DNA of 64,000 nt from an uncultured bacterium (GTDB lineage Bacteria; Planctomycetota; UBA1135; GCA-002686595). Position 1 is the stretch's first letter; every line of letters begins with the position of its first letter. The position numbers were made by a program, and so were the translations under genes. The notes below the pieces were generated by a model. The model did no database searches. It was not told where the DNA came from and saw nothing but the letters and a program-made list of their open reading frames with translations. Positions 18,414 to 28,157 of the stretch are shown one piece after another. The stretch lies in contig CALSNU010000005.1 of NCBI GenBank assembly GCA_943787795.1, forward strand, positions 32,001-96,000, read 5' to 3'.

Positions 18414-19283
18414 ATGCCCGGAGCCTTCGATATGCAAGATGATCCGAACACCACCGTGGACTGGGATGCATGGTCGGAGAGACGGGGCTTGACGCTCGAC
18501 GGCGGAATCTGGCACTCGGGTACGCAGCGGGAGGTTTCCTACAGCGCCGATGGGCACTCCGAGTGCTTCGGGGTCGAGGAGGGGTCATTCTGGTTCAAGC
18601 ACCGGAACAAGTGCATCGGCGCGGTCGCCCAGAGGTTCCTCACAGAGCCGTCGTCGGGACTGGTCGAGGTGGGGGGCGGAAACGGGTACGTCGCCCAGTA
18701 CCTGACGCAGAGCGGCGTCCCGACTCTGGTGGTCGAACCGGGAGCCGTGGGCGCGATGAACGCCGCAGGGCGGGGCCTGACGGTGATCCGTGGACTCCTC
18801 GGTGATCTGCCCGTGCCGGAGTCATCGATTCCCGCTTGGGGGCTCTTTGACGTCCTTGAACATGTCGAGGGCGAGCTTGAACTCCTGGAGACCATGCGGC
18901 GGTGCTCCACAGGCGATGCGAAGCTGCTGATCACCGTGCCCGCCTTCGGGTGGCTCTGGTCGGATGAGGATCGGGATGCTGGGCACTACCGTAGGTACTC
19001 CCGTCCCGGCCTGGCACGGGTCATGAGGGAGGCCGGATGGGAGGCGACCTGGAGCAGCTACTTCTTCTCCTGGCTCCCTGCGGTGCAAGTACCACTGCGC
19101 GTTATCCCAAGTCGCCTTGGCTTCTACAGGGGCAGCAGCGCCAGAGCTCAGCAGGCGCAGCACTCCCCGGGGATTCTCGCGCCGGTCGTTGCTGGGTCGC
19201 TTTCCTGGGAGTCGAGCCTCTTTCGGAGGGGAGCGAGGATTCCCTTTGGCGGTTCGATTATCGGCGTCTTCACACCTCGCTGA
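18414..19283 (+). CDS. class I SAM-dependent methyltransferase
   Basis: VEVGGGNG SAM motif, FDVLEHV and TVPAFGWLWSDED..AGHYRRY. This subfamily is often seen near surface-glycan genes. Confidence 0.85.
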   Translation: MPGAFDMQDDPNTTVDWDAWSERRGLTLDGGIWHSGTQREVSYSADGHSECFGVEEGSFWFKHRNKCIGAVAQRFLTEPSSGLVEVGGGNGYVAQYLTQSGVPTLVVEPGAVGAMNAAGRGLTVIRGLLGDLPVPESSIPAWGLFDVLEHVEGELELLETMRRCSTGDAKLLITVPAFGWLWSDEDRDAGHYRRYSRPGLARVMREAGWEATWSSYFFSWLPAVQVPLRVIPSRLGFYRGSSARAQQAQHSPGILAPVVAGSLSWESSLFRRGARIPFGGSIIGVFTPR

Positions 19284-19486
19284 GAGAGAGCAGGACGTGC
19301 CTGGGCGCGTTTGTCGCTGAGCGTGAGACAGCGAACGAGGGGGGGCGCGGCTCCCTGACCGAACGGTGGGGTGGCGGCTTGGCAGACCTGGACCCAAGCG
19401 GCCCCGCGGGGGACCTGCGCTCCGTCTCGGCCGCGAACGGTTCCCCGCTGGGTGGGCCGTTCGTGGGACCAGCCCCCGAGGGAGAC

Positions 19487-21208
19487 TCACTCGAAGGTGA
19501 TCCGGACGCCGTCGGTGAAGTTGGAGGTGGCGAAGAAGATGGCGGTGTCGCGGTGCCAGGCCTGGAAGGACCAGCTCTCGCCCGCGACGGCGGCGACCGC
19601 TCCGGTGGGCTGGGGGATGGCCCCGAGGTCGAGGGTCAGGGAGAACGAGCCGGCGGTGCCGGTGTTCAAAATCTGCCCCGCGCCCACGTAGCGACCGATG
19701 GAGCCGGAGAGGCACAGGTTGCCGGCGCTGCCGCCGGGGTTCAGGGCGAAGCCGCGGGTGCGGCTGGCGATGAAGAAACCGAAGGCGTTCAGCGGCAGGC
19801 GCGAGGCCGTGAGGGTCACGTTGTTCTGGCTGACGTCCAGGGAGCCGCTGGCGTCGGTGCGCCCGGTGAGCCCCGTGGAGTTGGGGTTGGCGAAGCAGAA
19901 GACCGCGCCGATGTTGCTGCTGGCCTCGTACGCACCCATGTCGACGATGGGCGCGGTGCCCGCGCCGGTGTCGGCGACGGAGGGCTCGTCGAAGCGGCGG
20001 CGGGCGCCGTCGGCGTCGGTCTCGGTGCCGGGGAGCAGGCTGGCGTTGTCGCCGGCGTCGATGCCGGGAGAGGGGACCTGCAGCCGGAAGTTCCCGGCGG
20101 CCTGGTCCACGAAGAGCGGCGCCGCGCTGATGTTGCCGGTGCCGGTGAAGCCGCCCTCGACCAGGCAGTGGCGGACGTTGGCGCCGTTGGACACCTGGTT
20201 GAACGGACCCTGCGCGCCGCCGGGGCCGGTATTGGCCCAGACGATCGAGTTGCGGATCGTCGGGGTGGCGCCCTGGACGCGGATGCCGCCAGCGGCCTGG
20301 GAGGTGGCGCTGTTGCCGACGATGGTGCAGTTGCGTACGCGGGTCGAACCGCCGGAGCCAATCCAGAGGGCCCCGCCGCCCGACGAGCCGGTGGCGACGT
20401 TGCCCGTGAAGACCGAGTTGAGCACCGAGACGCTGCCCGTGGAGAAGATCTCCAGGGCGCCCGCGCGGGACGCGCGGTTGTTCTCGAACCAGCAGCCGTC
20501 GAAGACCACCGCGCCGCCCGTGGCAATGTCAAAGGCGCCGCCGAAGGCGCCGCCGACGTTCTCGCGGAACGAGCAGTTGATGAAGTCCGGACCAGAGCTG
20601 TTGATGTACCCCGCGCCGCCGCCGAAGGTGCAGCGGTTCGCGACGAAGTCGCAGTTCCGGATGGTCGGATTGACGCCGCCCACGCACAGGATCCCGCCGC
20701 CGCGGTCGGCGCTGCCGCCGGAGCTCCCGTTGGAGTTGCCCCCGGTGATGGTGAAGCCGTCGAGGACCGCCGAGGCGTTGGTCGTCTGGGTGCGGACCAC
20801 GTGGTACGAGTTCTCGGCGTTGCCGCTGAAGTTCGGGCCGTCGTTACCGTTCAGGTCCGCCGTCAGGATCGAGGGGGCGAAGCCGAAGGCGGGGCGCTCG
20901 TCAGGGGAGGACTCGCCGCCGGCGAAGCCGCCGTAGATCTCCACGTCGTTCTGCAGGCGGAAGGAGAGCGCCCGGCTCCCCGTGCTGTTCGTGCGGTAGA
21001 GCCCCTCGGCCACGAAGACCTCGTCTCCGGGGGTGGTCACGGCCAGGGCGGCCTGGAGGCCGTCGGTGCCCTGGAAGGCGTCGGCCCACGAGGACCCGTC
21101 GTTGGCGCCGGTGGTCAGGTTGGCGTCCACGTGCACGGTCTGAGCGGCGGCGGCGCCCATGAGGGCGAGGGCGGGGACGAGGTGGGCAGCGAGCTGGTTC
21201 AGGCGCAT
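19487..21208 (-). CDS. secreted right-handed beta-helix (pectin-lyase-like) protein with conserved C-terminal domain
   Basis: Signal peptide, VHVDA...ANDGSSWADAF, F..N.A..GGA repeats, SPGIDAG...VDMGAYE, then NPNSTG...GNLCLSG...FQAWHRD...SNFTDG tail. Confidence 0.85.
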   Translation of the reverse strand: MRLNQLAAHLVPALALMGAAAAQTVHVDANLTTGANDGSSWADAFQGTDGLQAALAVTTPGDEVFVAEGLYRTNSTGSRALSFRLQNDVEIYGGFAGGESSPDERPAFGFAPSILTADLNGNDGPNFSGNAENSYHVVRTQTTNASAVLDGFTITGGNSNGSSGGSADRGGGILCVGGVNPTIRNCDFVANRCTFGGGAGYINSSGPDFINCSFRENVGGAFGGAFDIATGGAVVFDGCWFENNRASRAGALEIFSTGSVSVLNSVFTGNVATGSSGGGALWIGSGGSTRVRNCTIVGNSATSQAAGGIRVQGATPTIRNSIVWANTGPGGAQGPFNQVSNGANVRHCLVEGGFTGTGNISAAPLFVDQAAGNFRLQVPSPGIDAGDNASLLPGTETDADGARRRFDEPSVADTGAGTAPIVDMGAYEASSNIGAVFCFANPNSTGLTGRTDASGSLDVSQNNVTLTASRLPLNAFGFFIASRTRGFALNPGGSAGNLCLSGSIGRYVGAGQILNTGTAGSFSLTLDLGAIPQPTGAVAAVAGESWSFQAWHRDTAIFFATSNFTDGVRITFE

Positions 21209-21401
21209 GGTCGGGGGCCTCAGGTAGGTGGGACCTTCGGTCGAGAGGAGATGCCGTCCAGGGAGCGGAGGCTACCCCATTCCAACCGCCCAGGGGCGGC
21301 GAGGGGGCACTCCAGGGCAGATTGCGTGCCCCCGTGTCTCGATCACGGTCCATCCCGGGACGCCGGCCCCGCGGACCGGTCAGACGCTATCCTCGCGCCC
21401 G

Positions 21402-22235
21402 ATGCCCCGCTCGTCTCTCCGCTCTGCGCTGACGCCCCGGCGCGCCCTCATGGCGCTGGGGCTGCTGCTCGTGGTGCCGGGGTGCGGTCGCGACCTCGAA
21501 CAGGCGTCGAACGGCGGCGAGGCCGAGTTGACCGTCGCCGCGGCCTCGAGCCTCGCGGTGGTGGTCCAGGGGCTCCTGGATGGCTGGGCCGAAGCGGGAG
21601 GATCGCCCGCGCGTCTGACCCTCGGGCCGAGCTCGACCCTCGCGCGGCAGCTCGAGGAGGGGGCGCCCTATGAGGTGTTCCTCTCCGCGGACGAGCGGTG
21701 GATCGATGAGCTCATCGGGAGCGGGCGGCTCGACGGAGCGTCGCGGGTGGAGCTGGCCCAGGGCCGGCTCGTGGTGGCCGTGCAGGCGGGGCTGGCCGCT
21801 GGCTCGGCCAGGACGACCGCGGCGTCGGCCACCGATGGGGTGTTCCCCGACGGGCGCTGGGCCACAGGGGACCCCGCCTTCGTTCCCCTGGGTCAGTACG
21901 CCAGGGAGGCGCTGGTAGCGCGCGCCGAGTGGTCGACCTTGTCCACCCGGATGATCCCGGCCGGCAGCGCGCGGGCGGCTCTGCGGCTGGTGGAGCGGGG
22001 CGAGGTGGACTGGGGGGTCTTGTACCGCTCGGACGCGGCCGGCTCGGCCAAGGTCCGGGTTCTCTTCGAGGTCGGCGAGGAGCTCCACCGGCCGATCCGT
22101 TACTGCGCTGCTGCGACGCCCCGCGCCGGCGCCAGCGCCAGGCGGTTCCTCGACGAGCTCGCCGGGCGCGAGGCGACCGAGAGGTTCGCGGCCCACGGTT
22201 TCGCGCCCCGCGCCGGGGGGGGCCGCCAGCGATGA
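21402..22235 (+). CDS. modA: molybdate ABC transporter substrate-binding lipoprotein
   Basis: VAAASSL, GPSSTLARQL..GAP.EVFLSAD, DPAFVPLGQYA and lipobox VPGC. Confidence 0.92.
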   Translation: MPRSSLRSALTPRRALMALGLLLVVPGCGRDLEQASNGGEAELTVAAASSLAVVVQGLLDGWAEAGGSPARLTLGPSSTLARQLEEGAPYEVFLSADERWIDELIGSGRLDGASRVELAQGRLVVAVQAGLAAGSARTTAASATDGVFPDGRWATGDPAFVPLGQYAREALVARAEWSTLSTRMIPAGSARAALRLVERGEVDWGVLYRSDAAGSAKVRVLFEVGEELHRPIRYCAAATPRAGASARRFLDELAGREATERFAAHGFAPRAGGGRQR

Positions 22236-22939
22236 GCGCGGTTGCCGTCCTCTCGCCAGCCGAGTGGGAGACCCTGTGGCTCTCCCTCCAGGTCAGCCTC
22301 GCGGCCACGGCAGCGGTGGCGGGACCCGGCGTGGCCCTGGGATGGCTGCTCGCCCGCAGGGAGTTCCCCGGCAAGCTGCTCCTGGACACCCTCGTACACC
22401 TGCCGCTGGTGCTGACCCCGGTGGTGGTGGGGTATCTCTTGCTCCTGACCTTCGGGCGCTCCGGCCCCCTGGGACCGCTGCTCGAGGCCCTCGGGATCGA
22501 GGTGGCCTTCACCACCCTCGGGGCGGTGCTGGCGGCGGCGGTCGTGGCGCTCCCGCTGGTGGTGCGCTCGGTGCGGACGGCGGTGGAGCTGGTGGACCCT
22601 GGCCTGGAGGACGCCGCCGCGGTGCTGGGCGCCGGGCCGCTGCGGCGCTTCCGGACGGTGACCCTGCCGCTGGCCGCGCCCGGGGTGGTCGCGGGCCTCA
22701 CGCTCGGCTTCGCCCGCAGCCTCGGGGAGTTCGGGGCCACCATCACCCTCGCGGGCAGCATCGCGGGGGAGACGCGCACGCTGCCCCTGGCGATCTTCCA
22801 GGGCACCCAGGTCCCGGGAGGCGACGGCGCGGCCCTGCGGCTGACCGTGGTGTCGGTGCTCCTCTCGGCGGCGGCGCTCCTCGCCAGCGAGCTGGTGGTA
22901 CGTCGCCTCCGGCGCGGCGCGGGCGGAGGCCAGACATGA
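22232..22939 (+). CDS. modB: molybdate ABC transporter permease
   Basis: LPLVLTPVVVGYLLL and FARSLGEFGATI..AG.I.GETRTLPLAI. Confidence 0.95.
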   Translation: MSAVAVLSPAEWETLWLSLQVSLAATAAVAGPGVALGWLLARREFPGKLLLDTLVHLPLVLTPVVVGYLLLLTFGRSGPLGPLLEALGIEVAFTTLGAVLAAAVVALPLVVRSVRTAVELVDPGLEDAAAVLGAGPLRRFRTVTLPLAAPGVVAGLTLGFARSLGEFGATITLAGSIAGETRTLPLAIFQGTQVPGGDGAALRLTVVSVLLSAAALLASELVVRRLRRGAGGGQT

Positions 22940-24069
22940 GCGGGCTCGAGATCCGCGCGCTCGTCCAGCGAGGCGGCTTCGACCTCGACCTCGACCTCCG
23001 CCTCGGGCGAGGGGCCACCGGGGTGTTCGGCCCCTCGGGCGCGGGCAAGTCCACGCTGCTCCACGCTATCGCGGGTCTGCTCCCCGCCGAGCAGCTGCGC
23101 GTCGCGGTGGACGGAGAGGTCCTGGTCGACGCGGCCGCCGGCGTCTCCCCGCCGCCTCACCAGCGCCGGGTCGGGCTGGTCTTCCAGGATCACCGCCTGT
23201 TCCCTCACCTCTCCATCGCGCGCAACCTCCGCTACGGCGAGTCCGCGGGCGGCGGCGTCGACCTCGACGAGGTGGTGGACCTGCTTGACCTCGGGGAGCT
23301 CCTCGAGCGCCTCCCGCGGGACTGTTCGGGCGGACAGCGGCAGCGCGTGGCCATCGGGCGGGCGCTGCTGGCGGCGCCGCGGCTGCTCTTGCTCGACGAG
23401 CCGCTCTCCAGCCTCGACCGCGGCCTCAAGCTCCAGGTGCTGCCGTTCTTGCGGCGGGTGCAGGAGCGGTTCGGGCTGCCGACGCTGATGGTCAGCCACG
23501 ACCTCTCGGACCTCCTGGCGCTCACCGACGAGCTGCTCCTGGTCAACGGTGGGCGGGCGGCAGGCCAGGGCGACCTCCCGTCCATCGCCGCCGACCAGGG
23601 CGCGGTGGAGCTGCTCGCGGGCAGCGGGCTGTCGTTCTCGCTCCCGGGCCGGATGGCCCGGCGGGACGGGACGGGGCTGGGATGGGTCGAGCTTGCGAGC
23701 CGCGCAGGTGAAGGGCTTGGCGACCCGGGGTGCTGTGAGGTGGCGTGCGGGGAGGTGACCGCAGAGATCGGGGATGAGGTGGAGGTCATCCTCGGTCCCG
23801 CCGACATCGTCCTCGCGGTGCCGCCCATGGACGCGCGGCTGTCCCTCACGAACCACCTCCTTGGCACCGTGGAGAGGATCACGCGGACGGCGGCGCGGTG
23901 CCTCGTTCAGGTGGACTGCGGCCTCGAGGCGCCCGTGCTGGCCGAGGTCACCGAGCGCGCGGTGGAGCGACTCGAGCTGGCCCCCGGGGTGCCGGTGGTC
24001 GCGCTCTTCAAGGCCCAGGCCGCCAGAGCGCGGGGGCTCGGCGCCCAGCGCCCCGGGCCCGCTCGCTGA
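22936..24069 (+). CDS. modC: molybdate ABC transporter ATP-binding protein
   Basis: GPSGAGKST, PPHQRRVGLVFQDHRLFPHL, SGGQRQR and a C-terminal TOBE/Mop domain. Confidence 0.95.
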   Translation: MSGLEIRALVQRGGFDLDLDLRLGRGATGVFGPSGAGKSTLLHAIAGLLPAEQLRVAVDGEVLVDAAAGVSPPPHQRRVGLVFQDHRLFPHLSIARNLRYGESAGGGVDLDEVVDLLDLGELLERLPRDCSGGQRQRVAIGRALLAAPRLLLLDEPLSSLDRGLKLQVLPFLRRVQERFGLPTLMVSHDLSDLLALTDELLLVNGGRAAGQGDLPSIAADQGAVELLAGSGLSFSLPGRMARRDGTGLGWVELASRAGEGLGDPGCCEVACGEVTAEIGDEVEVILGPADIVLAVPPMDARLSLTNHLLGTVERITRTAARCLVQVDCGLEAPVLAEVTERAVERLELAPGVPVVALFKAQAARARGLGAQRPGPAR

Positions 24070-24219
24070 GCGATCCTTCCGGGGCGGACGAGGCTGGCTG
24101 GGGTGCGGTGCCGGTGCGGCTGAGGCGCGGATGAAGCGCGAGTGAGGCGCGGCCGGGGTGGGGCCAGGATGCGGCGGGGGCAACACGGAGTCTCGACTGT
24201 GCTTTGACGGAGCCCCGAG

Positions 24220-24284
24220 GGAACTCTCGGCTGGAGCTCTCGGCTGGGGTTCTCGGCTGGGACTCTCGACTGGAGCCCTCGATT
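24220..24284. repeat. 13-bp degenerate tandem repeat x5 (GGRRCTCTCGRCT-like)
   Basis: ggaactctcggct/ggagctctcggct/ggggttctcggct/gggactctcgact/ggagccctcgatt. Confidence 0.85.
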
Positions 24285-24352
24285 GGGGCCGTGCCGGCGC
24301 TCGGCCTTGGCGCGAGCACGGCGGGGCCCGCGTTCCCGTATGCTCGCCAGCC

Positions 24353-24709
24353 ATGCGGGACCTCCTCTTCGTGGGCTGCGGTGGATTCATCGGCGCCGTG
24401 GCGCGCTACGGCGTGTCACGGGCGCTGGCCGGCGCCGCGCTGCCGTTCGGGACGCTGCTCGTGAACGTGGTGGGGAGCTTCGCCATCGGGGCCCTGTGGG
24501 CCTGGATCGAGGCGGGGAACGGACACGAGAGCCACCGCCAGTTCGTCGCGGTCGGCCTGCTCGGCGCGCTCACGACGTTCAGCACCTTCAGCCTCGAGGT
24601 GGTCCTGCTGATGCGGGACGGCTCCTTGGGGACCGCGGCGCTCGTGGTGGCGCTGAACGTCGTGCTCGCGGTGGGCGCGGCGCGATTGGGGATGGCGCTC
24701 GTCGGTTGA
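24353..24709 (+). CDS. crcB: fluoride efflux channel FluC/CrcB
   Basis: GGFIGAVARY, PFGTLLVNVVGSF and GLLGALTTFSTF. Confidence 0.95.
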   Translation: MRDLLFVGCGGFIGAVARYGVSRALAGAALPFGTLLVNVVGSFAIGALWAWIEAGNGHESHRQFVAVGLLGALTTFSTFSLEVVLLMRDGSLGTAALVVALNVVLAVGAARLGMALVG

Positions 24710-24713
24710 TCTG

Positions 24714-25655
24714 GTGAGGTACGCCGTGCTCTTCAACCCGATCGCCGGCCGAGGCCGCGCGGTACAGGTCGCGGGATCGGTCGGCGCGCGGCTTCAGGTG
24801 CTCGGCCACGAGTCGTTCGAGCGGCGTTCGGAGCACGCCGGCCACATTCGCGAGCTGGCGGCGCAGGTCGCAGGGGAGGTGGATCGGGTCCTGGTCCTCG
24901 GTGGGGACGGGTCGCTCCGCGAGGCGGCCGCGGGCCTGCTGGAGCTGGACGCTTCGGCTCGCCCGGCGCTCGGCGTGCTGCCCTTTGGCACCGGGAACGT
25001 GGTGGCCCGGGAGCTCGGGCTCCCCCTGGACCCGGTCGCGGCCATCGACGTGATCGCCGCGGCGGGAGCCGTCGACTGGGACGTCGGGCTCGCGCGAGCG
25101 GATGGGGGCGCCGAGGAGGTCTTCCTCGCGATGGCGGGCTTTGGCTTCGACGCCGGGATCTCTGCCAGGATCGACGCGGCGCGTGGATCGCGCCTCGGGG
25201 CTCGCTGGTACCGGTGGTCCGCCAGCTCCCTCTACGGGTGGTGCGGCGTGCGTGAGCTGCTGCGCCTCGCGCCGCCGCGGTTCGAGGTCTCGGTGGAGGG
25301 CGACCTCGTGGCGAGCCGGGCGGTCTCCGCCGTGGTCTCGAACACCCGCACCTATGGCAAGTCCATGTGGCTCTCACCGGGCGCGCGCCCGGACGACGGT
25401 CGGCTCGACGTCCACGTGCGCGAGCGCGCGAACCCGCTGGTTGGCGCGGCCGTGCTGGCCCTCGCGCAGCTGCAGCGTCCCATATCGAGGAGCCTCGCGG
25501 TCGACGCCCCCGGGGGCCGTGCCCGCGTCGGTTCGCTCACCGGCGGACCTCCCGTCGCGTGGCAGCTCGACGGGGACCGGATGGATGCGGCGCGAGAGAT
25601 CGAGCTAGAGCTCGCGGCGGGAGCCCTCCGGGTCATCGGCAACGTCGAGGCCTGA
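24714..25655 (+). CDS. diacylglycerol/lipid kinase family protein (YegS/BmrU-like)
   Basis: NPIAGRG, GGDGS, LPFGTGNVVAR, AGFGFDA, DDGRLDV and QLDGD. Confidence 0.92.
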   Translation: MRYAVLFNPIAGRGRAVQVAGSVGARLQVLGHESFERRSEHAGHIRELAAQVAGEVDRVLVLGGDGSLREAAAGLLELDASARPALGVLPFGTGNVVARELGLPLDPVAAIDVIAAAGAVDWDVGLARADGGAEEVFLAMAGFGFDAGISARIDAARGSRLGARWYRWSASSLYGWCGVRELLRLAPPRFEVSVEGDLVASRAVSAVVSNTRTYGKSMWLSPGARPDDGRLDVHVRERANPLVGAAVLALAQLQRPISRSLAVDAPGGRARVGSLTGGPPVAWQLDGDRMDAAREIELELAAGALRVIGNVEA

Positions 25656-25751
25656 TGCGGTCGAGGCCCGACGCGATCGAGGCCTGAAACGGTCGGCGCC
25701 GAGAAGGTGCGGGGAGCTCCGGTGCGCCCGATCCTCGTGGGGTGCCCGTGT

Positions 25752-25895
25752 CAGGTGGAGGACACGGTCACGGTGGAGGGCCCAGTGCAGGTGGGGGGCC
25801 CAGTGTAGGTGGAGGGCACAGTGCAGGTGGAGGGCCCAGTGCAGGTAGACGGCACAGCGCTGGTCGAGCACACCGCGCTGGTCGAGGGCCCGGCG
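25752..25895. repeat. 18-bp degenerate tandem repeat x8 (CAGGTGGAGGGCCCAGTG)
   Basis: Eight contiguous units that diverge toward the ends. Confidence 0.85.
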
Positions 25896-25931
25896 CCGCG
25901 CAGGCGGGGCCACCCGCGAAGGGGCGGGCCC

Positions 25932-25973
25932 AAAAAAAGCGCGGGACCAACAGTCGACAGACTGCGGTCCCGC
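25932..25973 (-). terminator. Rho-independent terminator
   Basis: Minus strand GCGGGACC..CAGTC-tgtc-GACTG..GGTCCCGC followed by GC and T7. Confidence 0.85.
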
Positions 25974-26135
25974 AACAGAGCTCCTTACTGCTCCTTCGGC
26001 GAGCCTTCCCAGACTCACCTGCCTTTCCAAGAACAAGTACGCACGGCGGTCCCGGGGGTTACCGCTCCTCTTCGAATTCCCTCGTGGCCGATGATTCGCT
26101 GCGACAATGCGCTACGCCCTCTCCCGTCCTCAGGT
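25932..26135 (-). ncRNA. candidate GGA-rich small RNA (or long structured 3' UTR of the opp operon)
   Basis: About 200 nt with no convincing ORF, repeated GGA motifs and small hairpins, ending in a strong terminator. Confidence 0.35.
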
Positions 26136-26184
26136 GGCCTGGGGCGCGACGCTGGGGGCTTCGGTTACAGAAGCGACACCCGCT

Positions 26185-27161
26185 TCATACGTCGGGTTCG
26201 AGGTGGCAGGCGCTCCTTGAGCCAAGCGCCGGCTCCGTGGTCTCGCAGCGGTCCCCCGCGACGTTGCCGCGCTCGACGCAGCGCGGGTGGAAGCGGCAGC
26301 CGGTCGGCGGGTCCAGCGGTGAGGGCACGTCGCCCTCGAGCACGATCCGCTCGCGCCCGCGCTCGATGCGCGGGTCGGGGTGCGGCACCGCGGAGAGCAG
26401 CGCGCGGGTGTAGGGGTGGCGCGGGTCGTCGAAGAGGGCGTCGCGCTCGGCGATCTCGACCACCTTGCCCAGGTACATCACCGCGACCCGATCGCAGATG
26501 TGCCGGACCACGGCGAGGTCGTGGGCGATGAAGAGGTAGGCGAGGTCGAAGCGCTCCTGCAGCTCCCCGAGGAGGTTCACCACCTGGGCCTGGATGGAGA
26601 CGTCCAGAGCGCTCACCGGCTCGTCGCAGATGATCAGGTCCGGCTCCAGGGCGAGGGCCCGGGCGATCCCGATGCGCTGCCGCTGGCCCCCGGAGAACTC
26701 GTGGGGGAAGCGGTGGATGTGCCTCGGGTTGAGGCCGACGGCGTCCAGCAGCTGCATGGCCCGCAGCCGCCGCTGGCGGGGGCGGGCGAGGCGGTGGATG
26801 CGGAGGGGCTCGGTGAGGATGGACGACACGGTCTGCCGCGGATCCAGGGACGCGTAGGGGTCCTGGAAGATCATCTGGATCTTGCGGCGGAAGGGCGCGC
26901 GATCCCGGTGCGACAGCGCGCTGATCTCCTCTCCCTCGTACATCACCTGGCCCGAGGTCGGCGGGTAGAGGCCCACGAGCGTCCGCGCGCAGGTGCTCTT
27001 GCCGCAGCCGGACTCGCCGACGAGCCCGAGGGTCTCGCCGCGGCCGAGCTCGAAGGAGACGCCGTCCACCGCGCGCAGGGTCTCTTGCTGGCCGCCGAAG
27101 AGGCCGGGGGAGCCGACCTCGAAGTGCTTGTGGAGGTCGCGGACCTCGAGCAGGGGAGCGC

Positions 27162-27165
<4 letters not shown>
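26185..27165 (-). CDS. oppF: oligopeptide ABC transporter ATP-binding protein
   Basis: [28 protein letters not shown] and C-terminal GCRFHPRC. Confidence 0.93.

Positions 27166-28156
<991 letters not shown>

Positions 28157-28157
<1 letters not shown>

Noticed and set aside
24070..24352. Fluoride riboswitch upstream of crcB
   Set aside because: No GGCGAUGG...CGCC / GCUGAUGAC pattern is seen, and the gene looks leaderless.
25742..25900. Repeat protein (QVEGPV)n encoded by the 18-bp array
   Set aside because: One unit carries an in-frame TAG and there is no credible start.
25975..26030. Glycine riboswitch (minus strand CGCCGAAGGAGCA)
   Set aside because: The CUCUCAGG element is missing and no gene follows; a terminator lies directly downstream.
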